A DNA stretch of 64,000 nt from Amoebophrya sp. A120. Lineage: Eukaryota > Protista > Dinoflagellata. The position numbers were made by a program, and so were the translations under genes. Shown here in pieces: positions 10,001 through 21,966 of this stretch. How positions within the stretch are numbered: position 1 is the first letter of the stretch; each line of letters starts with the position of its first letter. The notes beneath the pieces are model-generated. The model did not search any database and was not told the DNA's origin. It saw only the letters and a program-made list of their open reading frames with translations. The DNA lies in the NCBI GenBank assembly GCA_905178155.1, contig CAJINV010000013.1, positions 424,344 to 488,343 on the forward strand, in the 5' to 3' direction.

Positions 10001-13000
10001 GGGACATCAACGGGCGCGACCGGCCGGGCAACGTCCGGGACCGAGAAAGAGACCGGGACCGGGAAAGAGACCGGGATAGAGATAGGGGAGCGGACATCCA
10101 GAAACTACAGCAGCAGCTTCAACGCGAGAATAATCATGGCAACAGCGCAGGGGCTCCAGCTGTTGTTTCCACAACATCCAGACGGGGCGGCGATGACAAT
10201 TATAGCGACAACAAGCGGGAGCCGCGGGACCACAGAGGTACTACTAACCAGCACCAGCTTAACAGCCGCGGCACGGTTGCAGAACAGCCTGCCGCGAGAA
10301 GCGGCCGCGAGCGAGATCGGGATCGAGATCGAGACCGTCCGAAGTCCCGCGACCGCGAGCGAGAACGTGACAGAGACGGCACTAGAGACAGGAACAACGA
10401 CAACAGAGATCATCTTCAACTACACAGCAGAGATAACAACAACAATACTAGAGACCTCGTCCACAGGTCAGACCGCCACGACAACAACCACGGTGGTTCA
10501 TCTTCTGTGCTACACAAAACCACATCTACCCGCAGCGACAACCGCGACCAAAGCCGGCGACGGAACAACAAAAACCAGTACAACAACCACTCTTCATCCC
10601 CCAACACAACGAACAAAGACCGACCTGCTCGTTCCAGAGACCAGACCAGAAGTACTCGCCGCGGGGAGCAAAGTAAGAACGCGGGTACATCTATCCCTCA
10701 ACATCGCACCCGCAGTGCGAGCGACCGCAGCAGGAGCAACCACTCCGCGACCAGCAGAAATAACCTAAGAAATAATAGCGCTTCTCATCATCATGCGATG
10801 TTGAGCAACCAGAGAAGTAATAACCCAAAGCCGCAGCAACTGCCCGAACCGCTGGGCCGCCGGGTGCGGGGCCACAAACTCGGAGTGCAGCCCAAGGTGG
10901 AGCAGCACCACGTGGAGGGGTTCCTGCAGCGCTGCGGGTTCCTTTCGGGCGGGGCGTTCGGCAAGCAAAGTGAGGACCTGGACAAGTTGCAGAATTACCT
11001 GCGGGACTTGACGAACAACGAACTGCTGCGGGTTTTCGCAGAAGGCGACATTGAGAACGCACGGAACCCAACGGCGGTGTGCATCGCGCGGATACGGAAG
11101 GCGAAAAAGGCCGAGGCAAATCGAGAACCGGTATTTGGATTTGTTTTTTCTATTGTTCCTGAAAAAGAAAATCATGTAAATGATATAGTAAGTACTATAG
11201 TGCGGTTTTTGAATGAGCTACAATATGAACTCGCAAGTAGTGAGGGGTCTGGGTCAGCGAAGTACCCAATCGCGTGATGATAAAAACAGGTACCCCGCGT
11301 CGAGTGGTTGATTTTGGAGCAGAATTGCGAACCCGACCAAGCTGTGAACGATTTTCCCAGCATGGATAGCGTGGAACGCTTCTGCCGCAAAAACGGGTAT
11401 CATTTCTTTCTGCATAGTACAGATGAACCGTTTCAAGCTGGTGCAAACTGGTTTCTGATGACCTACAGTAAACAACTGACGAATGTGATGATGTTGTACT
11501 AAAGCCCTCCGAAGTTGTTCCTGCTTGATGCTACACTACTAGAAGTTTCATCTTGATACTCTAGCAACTACATGTTAAAGATTCCAATGCAACATAGCTC
11601 TCAACAAGTTGTAGATGACCACCATGTAGATGCACGATCGATCGATCCAACTGAACTTAAACGCCTCGCAGACTCGACCAGCTGATGGAAGACAGTTTGA
11701 AGGCGATGCCGGACGGCATTTTGGAATACCTGAACCAACGCAAAGACTGGACGGTGACGTCCGTTCCCAAGCAGGAGCTGGACCAGGGATCGACGACTGT
11801 GTCCACCCCCGCCTCCGTGCAACAGTTGAATCTGCTAGAGACCATTGCCGGGGAGGAGTTTTTCGTGCAAACTTGCGAGATGCACGCCTTCTGGCGCGAC
11901 TACTGCGTGGAGCACTTCACGAATCTCCTGCTCTCCGAAGCCATCTCCAGCCCGAACGGAGGCGGGGATAGTGAGGCACAGCGAGGACTACAGGGCCACA
12001 ACGCATCAAGTTCGCTGGACGACGACCTGATGCAATTGTCGCACAAGGACGAGGAGAAGCTGGAGAAGGTCCGGCAACGGTTCTTCCGCGCGAATTTGCA
12101 GAAGCAGATGAAGATCCGGGACGAGTGGCTGCGCATCGTCGCGGACAACCGCAACCCGCGGATGAACGTGAGCTGCATGGAAGACAAGTTGTTGCAGCTG
12201 GACGAGATGCTGAAGCTGTTGCAGTTCGACTACAAGGACTTCACCGCGGAACAGTACCTGGAGAAGAACGAGATCCAGCTGCACAGCGAGGTGGGCATCC
12301 TGTTCGAGCAGGCCAACGCGAAGGTGCAGAAACTCATCATGGAGGAGGGACCCCTGAACCTGAACCTGTTTCGCTACCAGCTGAAAACCAAAACGCTCAC
12401 CGGCATGTTCTCAAACAGTAACTCGCCGGCGAACGGCACTGGTTGTGGGGAAAACACGTCGTCCGTTGCTGGCAACATGCAAGTAGAAAATAACCAACAG
12501 GCCACTGGTCGGCGCGATCTGTTCGGGGAACACAAGGAGGCTCCTGTAGCGGATGCTGGAAGCGACAATACCGCGATGGTTCTTTCCCCGTCCCTGGAGG
12601 ATATCCAACCGGAACCGGTCACAGAAGACGGCGAAGGTATTAATGTAGCAGCTGCAGCACCATCCGCCGTGGAGACCAAAGATGGACTTCAAGAAAGCAA
12701 AGACGGTGAGAGCGCCGATGCGGAAATGAAGGACCCGGCGACTGAGACGGCCAAAGACCAGGAAAAATCTGCTGATGCCGCGCAAATAAACGGGGAGAAA
12801 CAGGAAACAGGGGAATCAAAAAACGACAAGAAAATGGAAATCGACACGGAAATGGTCAATGAACAGCAGGATGAGCAGGAAGAGAACCCCGACCACTTGC
12901 AGACCAACAAGGAACCGCTCGAACGGCCGACCACGACCACGACGGCTGGGAACTCGTCCGCAACCAGTTCTGCGGAGGACCAGGACTGCGACGACCAGCA

Positions 13001-15367
13001 AATGGTGATCCCCGCACCGGTTTCTCTGCCGGATCCGACTTCTGGTAATAATGAGCAGCAAACAAATCACCTCCCGTTCCAGCACCAGCCGCAGTTTTTT
13101 CTCACGGAGCAGGAGAGGCACGAGTCCCGGCTGTTTCTGCAGAAGCGCATCCTGTTTTACGAGCAGGACCTGCTGCGACGGGAGATATCCACGGACCCAA
13201 AAACGAAGTACGCGAACACTTACTACCACCACAACGACCACTTTGCAGGCGGTGGTGACGTCAATGCTCTTGGTCACACAGAAAGATCTTCCAGTGGGAT
13301 CATGATGAACAAAACCCATTCGTCTGTTTCGCAACAGCCGTTCCCCCGCACCGGGAGCTCCAGCTCCTCGTCCGGAACCGCCGGGGCTTTCAACGCAACT
13401 CTCTCCGCAACCACAAACGCCTCACATGTTGGCTCCACGCCGAACTCCCGCATGATCAACTTTTCCGATCTGGAGCAGAACGGGACCCTGAACGTGGCCA
13501 GCATGACCGTCGTGAACCCGGAAGAGGGGAAGTTGCTCAGCACCAGCACCTTCAACATTCCACCCTTAGGTAGCAGTCTCGTTCCCGGTGGAGCAGGAGG
13601 CACCACAGCCGGCAGCAACCCGAACGGCAACAAGCTGCACCACAAGATGCACGAGAAGAATCACGGGCGCGGGGTGCAGTTGCAGAAGACGATGTCGACG
13701 AATAGTTTGTCGAAAAACAGCAACAATAACAACAAGAAAAGCAACAACACCTCGTCTAACGCGTTCTACGTGTCCCGCCCGGAAGAAAAGGCGAAGGATG
13801 TGAAGTACTGCGAAAAGTGGCTCAACGACCAGGGCGTGGATGTGTACGCCAAAGCTCTGTTCTTCGAGCAGAACGACTACGAGCGGTCGCAGGTGCTCGC
13901 GATGGGCTCGCTGCTGAATCAGGGCAACGTGTCCGCGGTCTTGGTGTCCCGGCTCGGTAAGGCGACCGGAAGGGGCAGGGTGATTGTAGACGACTATTGG
14001 GACAGGTATTTTATACGATCTCTTCGTCTTGATCATCTTGCGGCCATCTGTTGTAGTTATTTTTTGCAAGTAGAAGTGTCTTCGTGATGTTGGTAGTACT
14101 GCAGCCGGCGCAGCACTTCTGATATTGGCATTCCACTGTAATATGAGTGTGCTGTCGCATCGCGCCTCTTTGTCTTGCTTTCATGGCATCTTGTGTACTG
14201 ATGTTCCTTGAACGACTCTCGAGATGGAGTCAGCCATGTCTATGGAGCAGCGTTTATTGACCAAATACTTAAAAAACAGGAAAAACAATCCTTCGTCGCA
14301 AAAAAACGCGAAAAACGCGAATTCAAGTAGCAGTTCGAGTAGCAGCAATGCGCAGAACACGGCCGAGGAAAATAACGGGAAGACAACGCAACTCCCGCCG
14401 GGAGGCGGAAACAAGGCCACAAGCAGTGCGCAAAACAGCAGTATTGAAGAAGTGGACGAATCCAAACTGGATGAGGAGCTCGTGGACCAAATCAATGAGT
14501 TCTGCCAAGTCAACCAGTTGAACGAATCGGTACGGAAAAAGCTGCTCGCCTGCCCGGATGGTAATTTTGTTTTTTTCGTGACACGTTTCATTTTTCTGAT
14601 GTTTTTTCATTCCTGAACAACTCATACCTGCACGATGTTTGCTTTGTGAGACGTGTTTCTACATCTGCGAAGCTGGTGGGGAAATTTATAGGGATTGGAA
14701 TAAACAAAAATGACAAAAATGCTAATTAAAACCTGAAACCTTGAATATTAAACAGGCACGATAGAAGCGGTGACGGAAAAAATGGAGGTGGATCCCAATC
14801 TCTCGGGCTCGGAGCTGATCCTTAAGAAAATCGAGGAGTGCGGCCGCCGACTGCCCCACCTGGCAGACGTGCGCGTTTTTCTACGTGATAACTTGGTCGA
14901 TGAGCGGGCGACGGAGATGTTCCTGGGCTGTCACGACTGGCAGCAGCGGGAAATCATTCTCAACGCAAAGGTATTAAATGCGATTGTTGTTCGCACAAGT
15001 TTTTTACTTTTATTCGGAGACACTTGCACTTGTTTCGACAAGCAGAATGTATGGTGTATCAGTCGACGATGATGTAAAATGCCTTCAGAGAGAACTACAG
15101 GATGATGAAATGATGTGCATGCTTAATTTGTAGTCGGGACAAGTTAGAAATGAATGTCTTAGAGGAAACGTTTTCTTTGCACGCGAAGGTTTATAATCGC
15201 TCACTGTGAAAAGCAAAATACAACAAACTGAAACTACAAACACAAAACAGACGACCGACCTATCGAAGATGCGGAATCCCAGCTCCTGGGTCGTTACGGC
15301 GATCGTGCAGGTTCGAAAGCGGCCCCGTCCGGATCAGCGGGGACGGATGTTCCAAGGAGCGAAGTAA
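7076..15367 (+). CDS. Large multi-exon low-complexity (RS/RD-rich) protein with several 'V..F...N..D..A.....RNPSA..RI' modules (hnRNP-Q acidic-domain-like, inferred)
   Basis: Frame-consistent joins across the introner 8464-8743 and GT-AG introns 9213-9535, 11131-11289, 11397-11671, about 13980-14223, 14561-14755 and 14971-15250. The last exon TTDLSKMRNPSSWVVTAIVQVRK ends at TAA 15365-15367. Modules: ARNPTAVCIARI, GNVSAVLVSRL, MRNPSSWVVTAI. Confidence 0.75.
8464..8743. mobile_element. 280-bp TIR introner/MITE (family A)
   Basis: tatcctgagtaaaaacgtacccac ... gtgggtacgtttttactcagaata; flanks gtgct/gtcct; removal gives KDSGVL|EITRPRD in frame. Confidence 0.92.
8955..9037 (+). repeat. Coding tandem duplication with 48-bp period (TQRTSNGGDRG x2)
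   Basis: cgacgcagagaacgtccaacggaggagaccggggg occurs twice. Confidence 0.85.
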
Positions 15368-16828
15368 ACCGCGACACTTTCTTAGGAATTCTAAAGCAAG
15401 AAGAAATGAGCTAGTTTCATCAATCCACTAACGTACTTTGGACCTTCAAAAATGCAAATGCTTGCTCTGCGTAAAAGAAGTGTTGTGCAAAAATGAAAAT
15501 CATGATCGTATCTGTACCAGTCGTCCGTTGTCTCCTTAAATTTTACATTTTTGTCATTTCTAGTAGAAATTTGGTTCTCGAGCACTATGAAAATCAAGGA
15601 AATTCTTTGTGCAATTGGAAGGATGAACAGCATTCATGGCTTTCCGGAAAGCTTCTTTTCAATGCAGCTCCACGACATCTCGCGACAGCTTTATGTTTAT
15701 TTTCGTAGCTATATCTCTTCAGATCAACATGTTCTTTAGCTAACGTCTGGACCAATTAGCTCCGGAGAGGTCCTTCCGCAGATGAAGGTCCCTCTTCGGG
15801 CTGCTGAGAAAATGAAATGTTACTTACCTGTACTTCGCGATATAGTATTAGCGCGAACCTGTAGCGCTACCAGTGAACCCACCTATAACTTTATTTCTAG
15901 AGGTATGCACTAGAAATAAAATCAGTAAAAAGTATCGGCTCCATCGACTGAATGGCTCTCCGAACCAAGACGCGCGCTTTTCAAAAGACGTTGCTGCACC
16001 CATCTAAAATTATTTGAAAGTATGACAAAACAAGTTCGTAGTTTAGTTCTACGCCAAACAAGAAGGTATCTATCGTAGTCCGTATTTTAGTACGCTCTTC
16101 ACGTTCACCAAGTTGCGTAAAAGAACACAGCAGAAAAATGAAATTGTAAGTCGTCCTCGCTTCCTGTGCTGCTAAGCACTGTAACGGCCGGCTACGCTAC
16201 CGTGTTCCTAGTTTTCACGCTGACTGTTTCGTTTTTTTTTTGAATCGCGCTCTCCGCTCCTTTTTTTTGTCCGCCAAAAAAGGCTAAAAATGAGCCGCCA
16301 AACGATCAGAATCGATCCGGTTCCGAATGTAAAACGAGAAGCTCACACGATTCGGTCGATTTATTTTGCGTTGCAGTCGGAACAATATGATATTGAATCA
16401 CACACAATGTGACTGACAGGGATCCTTCACTTTCTGTATTTTTCGGATCACGCGGCGCGTGTTGTGAGAAGGAAATGATCAAGATGTTTGAAGAATGTCA
16501 CGATCTCTCGAGACTCTTTGCCGGAAAACTTTAAAGAAGTGTCAGAAAGACTTCAGCGTCTTCACAGGTTCGTTGGCTGCTTTATTTTCCCCGCAGCTTT
16601 TTGATCCTCCGCAATCGAATTCAAGTACAAGTACGTCAACCATCAAAGTAAGAAACACCGTAATACTGCCTTGAGTCTTTTCATTCCCGGACAGTGCTCC
16701 ATCCGAAAATTCGATTTAGATATTCTACTTGCCACCTCAAGCCAATTTTATGTCGCTACTGAAATCTTCAGTCTGTAGCTGTCGAGCAACTACCTAGATG
16801 TTTTATTGAATCTTGTGAGAAAAAGATA

Positions 16829-19640
16829 ATGAGTGCCGTTCCTGCTCCCGAGGACACGGAAAGTCGGCAGCCTTTGTTGTCTGCCGATCAGCCCGAAGCC
16901 ACGCAATTTGTGGTAAAGGGCGTACCGGCAGCAGCGGACGGCCGAACGGGTCCGGTACAACAACCGACGGGGCCTGCGGATCTGGAGAAGAACGGGGCGA
17001 ATATCGTTACCGCATCGAAAACTACTTCCGATCAGAAGGGAGCGCCACACATGTTGCAGGAGCCCTGCGTTGCAGCTACAGAGCTGCAGGCGATGAAGGA
17101 AAGGGCGGCGGCGAAAGAAAAGAAAAGGGATGACGCCGTCGTCTTAGATAAAAATAGCACTCGGCCGCGGTCCCTTTGCGGCGTGTGGCTGCGCCTGGGA
17201 TGCTGGCGTCTCACCTATCTCCTGTTCGCAACGGTGGCAACGTTTGTAATTATCTACGTGGGCATAAATTACCCGAAGGGCAAGGCGGGCACCGGGGTGG
17301 GCGAATGGTTTTACGCACTGACGTTTCTGCTGCTCGCCTTCCTCTGTCCGGCGGCGCCGAAGGTCGCAGTAGAAAATAAAGGTCCACCTGTAGTTGCTCC
17401 AGTGGTGCCGCTTGCGACAAAGAGCGTGCAGCTGACGGAAATCGCACCGCCTGCGAGCAAAGGGGAAGCTCTTGCAGTGAACGCAAGGAACGTTGTTGCG
17501 AAGAAACCACCCGCAGCAGCTAAGCCGCGCCTGCTCTTCCTCGACAACCTGAAGGTTTTCCTCACCTTAGCCGTGGTGTTTTTCCACGTCAGTATTGGTT
17601 TCGGCGCCTGGAAGTGGCAAGCGTACACGCTGACCGTGGGCAACCACAAGGACAACGTGCTCGGGAAAGCGCTTTCGGTGGTCAACCTGGTGAACCAGAG
17701 CTACTTCATGTCACTCTTCTTCTTCATCTCGGGCTTCTTCGTACCAAGCTCGCTGCAGCGCAAGGGCGCAGTGGCCTTCCTGGAGGACAAATTCATGCGT
17801 CTGGGCATCCCGCTGGTCTTGGGCGGGTTCGTGTTCTTCCCCCTGGTATACTCTAGATGTTAATTGGTGTAGAAGAAGAAAGAGAAAGCTGATATTCGCT
17901 CATTCATTCTTTTGAGGCGGCCCTGCCAGTACCTACTCATAGCAGAAATTTTTGTACTGTTAATTCAACATCATACATCGTACCACTAATACTTAAGTAA
18001 AGCCAACTCGTCCAGGTAACCGCTTTGAGTATGCAGGCTGCGTTCGGGACGGACTACGGTGCGACGAACCCCGACGGCACCACCCCCCTCCACCTGATGC
18101 AGAACGTCTTTAGCACCCCCGACGCCTGGTACATCGTCGGCCTCGGGCCGCTCTGGTTCCTCATGGTCTTGCTCCTCTTCAACCTGGCGTTTTGCGTGCT
18201 CTACCCCAAGGGCCTGGAGTCGATGCCGGGTGACCTCCCACTTCCCGGCTTTCTCGAAATGCTCTTTGTCGGGTCCCTGTTCGGGTTGTTGCAGGGTTGG
18301 ACCTACCAGGACGGCTGGGGCTGGGGCAAGTCCGGCCGGTTCGCGTTCCTGGAGGTCCCCAACATGTACGGTGGGGGCGGCGGCATGCCGTTTGACATTC
18401 TCTTCTTCTTTGCCGGCGCCTTCGCGAAGAAAAACAATTGGCTCGAGCAGATCGTGGAAATGAGTACGGCTTCTCCGAAAGAAGGGAAGCAGGAGAACGA
18501 TATCGAGCAGGGTGTTCTTGGGGACCTTCCCGAGGTTCAGCTTGCCGCGGCCCGCGCCAGGCAGAGAAACAGCTGCTCCATCTGGTCTTTCCGACTGCAC
18601 GCGTTAGCGCTGGTGGCCTGCATCGTCGCCTTGACGGTGCACATCGACCCCAAGCTGGCACCGCCGGAGCACAGCCGGTGCGGCCACATCCAGCAGGACA
18701 TGGCAGTGCGATTCGCGCAGATGCCGGACACTTACGCGCGACTCTTCCCGGACCTGCCGATGAGAGACGCGCAGGGGAACGGTTGGGAGGTATTGCTTTG
18801 TCGACTTTCTTATCTAATTCTGTCGCTGTCGTCTTCATGTTGTGTTGAGGAGCCTAAAAAATTCCTATCAGAAGCTGTAGGCCCCCACCAGGCTGCTCCC
18901 GCCTGTCACCCATAGTTAAAATAACGCAATGATTTTCGTTCCGTCGTAGTTGTTACTCCTTCTCTCGTATAACACACAACAGATCCCAGCCGCCGCTGCC
19001 AGACCTCCGATGAATCCCACCCCGGAAGACCAGAAACCCTGGTACGACCAAAAAGGGTGGCTGCAGGACCAGCTCCTGAAGGGCAACAGCCTCTTCTGGC
19101 ACGCGTTGCGTGGGCAGCTCTCCATATCATTGAGCTTCGTGATGCTGCAGTTTTTCGCGCAGTTTGGCAACTCGGAATCCCCGACCCAGCCGGCTTGGAA
19201 CGGCGTTAAGAAAGCGCTAGGGGAAGGAGCGTATTTGGTTTTTTTGACAAGAACGAGCTTGGCCTTGGCTTGATTTTCCGAGCTCGAACAAATGTCTTTG
19301 TGGTCTTCATACTTCATTGAGATTTTCGTTCTCAACATCTTCTTTTACAATCCACCACAGGTACGGCGTTTATCTGTTCCACTGGATGGTCTGGCCGCTG
19401 TTTCTTTGGATGTTTCTGTACCTTTTCTACCCGAGCAAAATCCTGATGAGCGACGAGCAAGCCGCGGGGGAGAATCTAGAGTTTCTGGTGTGCGCGGACC
19501 GGATGTTCGCGGCCAAGGGGCCGGTTTCTCAACCTCTCATGGGGGTGCTGTTCCTCCTCACACTGCTAGCGACGAACTTGATCCTGTGGCCGGCGTGCTT
19601 CTACCTCCGAAAAATTCCGGGACTCGACAAGGTTTTGTAA
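16829..19640 (+). CDS. Acyltransferase-3 family (OpgC/MdoC-like) multi-pass membrane O-acyltransferase
   Basis: RLLFLDNLKVFLT..VVFFH, YFMSLFFFISGFF, DKFMRLGIPL, GPLWFLMVLL, AYGVYLFH. GT-AG introns 17846-18015, 18790-18982 and 19231-19360 all keep frame. Confidence 0.88.
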
Positions 19641-20277
19641 AACTATTCCGATAGTATAGTGCCCAACTACTAGGGCAGAAGCAAGTCCTGGGCGACGCCG
19701 AGATTCTCGGGATGCCCCGGAGGTCGTCGTGGTATAGACCGCGCCGGGGATCGAGGCAGATTCTAGTAAAACGACAAGGTTCATCAGCATAGTAGACGAA
19801 CAACACCAGCGACCACATTGATCAGTATATTTATTTACACATCATCAAAGCTCCTGCTTTGCTGGCATGACATCAAAGTCATTTACGGCTGTAGAAGCCG
19901 TCAGCGATTGTTCTCACACCATAAAGGATTTATTTCCGTGAGTGTTTTTCGTTTGTTGTGTCGAGCGATCGTCTCGAGCCGAAAGTTGAGTGTCGTGTGA
20001 TCTCAGTTTTCTTTGGTGTTATAGTGCTCGTAAAGGCGCACGAGTTGTAGGAGGGACCACGTCTAGAGAGCTGGCACTCTTAAAGAGACTGCGTGCAAAA
20101 GAATGCGGTTTTCTTTAGCTTTTCTAAACAATCGAAATGCACCACGTACTAGAGCTCTGCCATAGAGGATGAAAGCTGAGAAATTCTTCTGAGGGTATCA
20201 GCCTGTACTCCGCGTTTGATTCATCTACGACGAAATTCATGAACTTCATAACGGCTTGAAGCAGCGGGAGAGTCAGA

Positions 20278-21177
20278 ATGGGTCTTTTGCACCTTTTGGA
20301 AGGTGCGCTGGAGGATCCAGGAGCGCACGAGCACGGATTTTCGCACGAAGACCATCATTTTGGTACTTGTTCTTGTGTGAATGCAATTTTTTGTCGGGCG
20401 TAAACATTTGTATTTGGGGAGAACGCACGCACCACTACCACTCATTGCACCACTGACTTGATTGTCGTTGTCTCATGGGTTCAAGGATTTCACAAAAAAC
20501 CGCTTTTAGGTGACCATGACGAAAACCCGAGTAGCGAGCACCATCTTTTCGACCACCTTTCGCAGCACCACCCGTCGAGAGCGTCGTCGCACCATCACCA
20601 CCCCGCGGTCCTGACCGCCTTCAAGGACTTCCAAATCGGGAACTACAAACTCACCCCCCTGGCCGCTTTGGACACCAATGACGGCAAGATGGAGTGCCAC
20701 ACGGAAGTAATCGAGGTCGAGTCGCTGCCGCCGCAGCTGGCGGCGGGCACGGGAATTGATAATTCCGCAGCGCACGACGTCGAGCATTACAATAGCGATC
20801 TGTCTTTCACCACGGACGATGTGCGGTCGGGCAACGAGTTTCTGCAACTGACCCCGGAAGAGTTGCACACCGCGCACGTGCAGCAAACCAAAGTCGCGCA
20901 AACCATCGCGGGCACCACGCTGGCTGGCGCGTTTGCGCTTTTCAGTGGGTTCGTGTACAAGTTGTCCAACCGGAACAAAAAGATGGCGGAGCAGTACGAG
21001 AAAATGATGAAGAAAAAACTGAATAACTCGCAGAACGCAGAATTGCTGCGGGCGATGGAAGTAGAACACGCGGCTGGTGACGAAACGGCGAGCGGCGTGA
21101 AGACGACGAACCAGCCACCGGAAAAGTCCACCTCGAGCAGCAACTCAGCCACTGCGCAGCCCACGGTGCTGTTTTGA
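20278..21177 (+). CDS. Hypothetical His-rich single-pass membrane protein
   Basis: ATG at 20278; GT-AG intron 20363-20509 joins DHHFG|DHDEN; hydrophobic segment IAGTTLAGAFALFSGFVY. Confidence 0.65.
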
Positions 21178-21966
21178 TGAAACCCGTGGAATTGTTATGA
21201 CCGGTGTCGTGGGAGAATTTCAGTTATTATCCGAAAAAAATTTTGTGTACAAGTCAAAAATACGTTCTTATTCTTTTCGCTCTGAGTCTGAGCTACCAAC
21301 GGCAGCGTAGCTACTCACTTTTCTGGCAGTAGAAACGAAGTTGTGCAATTTTTACCGAGTAACTACAATAGATGAAAACAGTTCTTGTCTTAAAGACACA
21401 GTTTTGTTGATGATGTTGACCCCTGAGCTTGTTAATCTCTGGAATTTACGAAATTTCAATCGTCCCCTCCGTTGGTACAGCCGCGGCAACAGGTGGTACG
21501 AATAGGATGGATCGATATCTCGTCAACGTTTCTTGGAGGTTTCTGCCGCGTGACAGCAGAAAGCTGACGCGCTCTTACCTGTTGCCGGGACCTCGTATTT
21601 AAGTGAGTGGTTGTTTGTTTTGAATAGATGCATTAACTTTTGCACTCGCTTGGAGGTCGAGGTGGAGTCAAAACAATTTGAGTTGGAAACAAAGGAGGTG
21701 GATTCCAAAAAGTGACTAGGAGAAAACATCGGAATTATGTAGATGTAGAGTAGGTCATAATCGCTTCAAAAAACCCTTGCCGAGGTGGATATCAATCTCG
21801 ATTCATGAGCGAACTTGAGAGGAGTAATGGCTAGCAGGAACGGTAGATGCAATGTACTTTACCTGTTGATTGAATAACCGTAGATGTGTTGTATCAATGC
21901 AAAAAGCAGCGTGATCGCGACGTGAGAAAAGTTCGTTTCTATTCCGCAGGAGATCAAAAATCAAAG

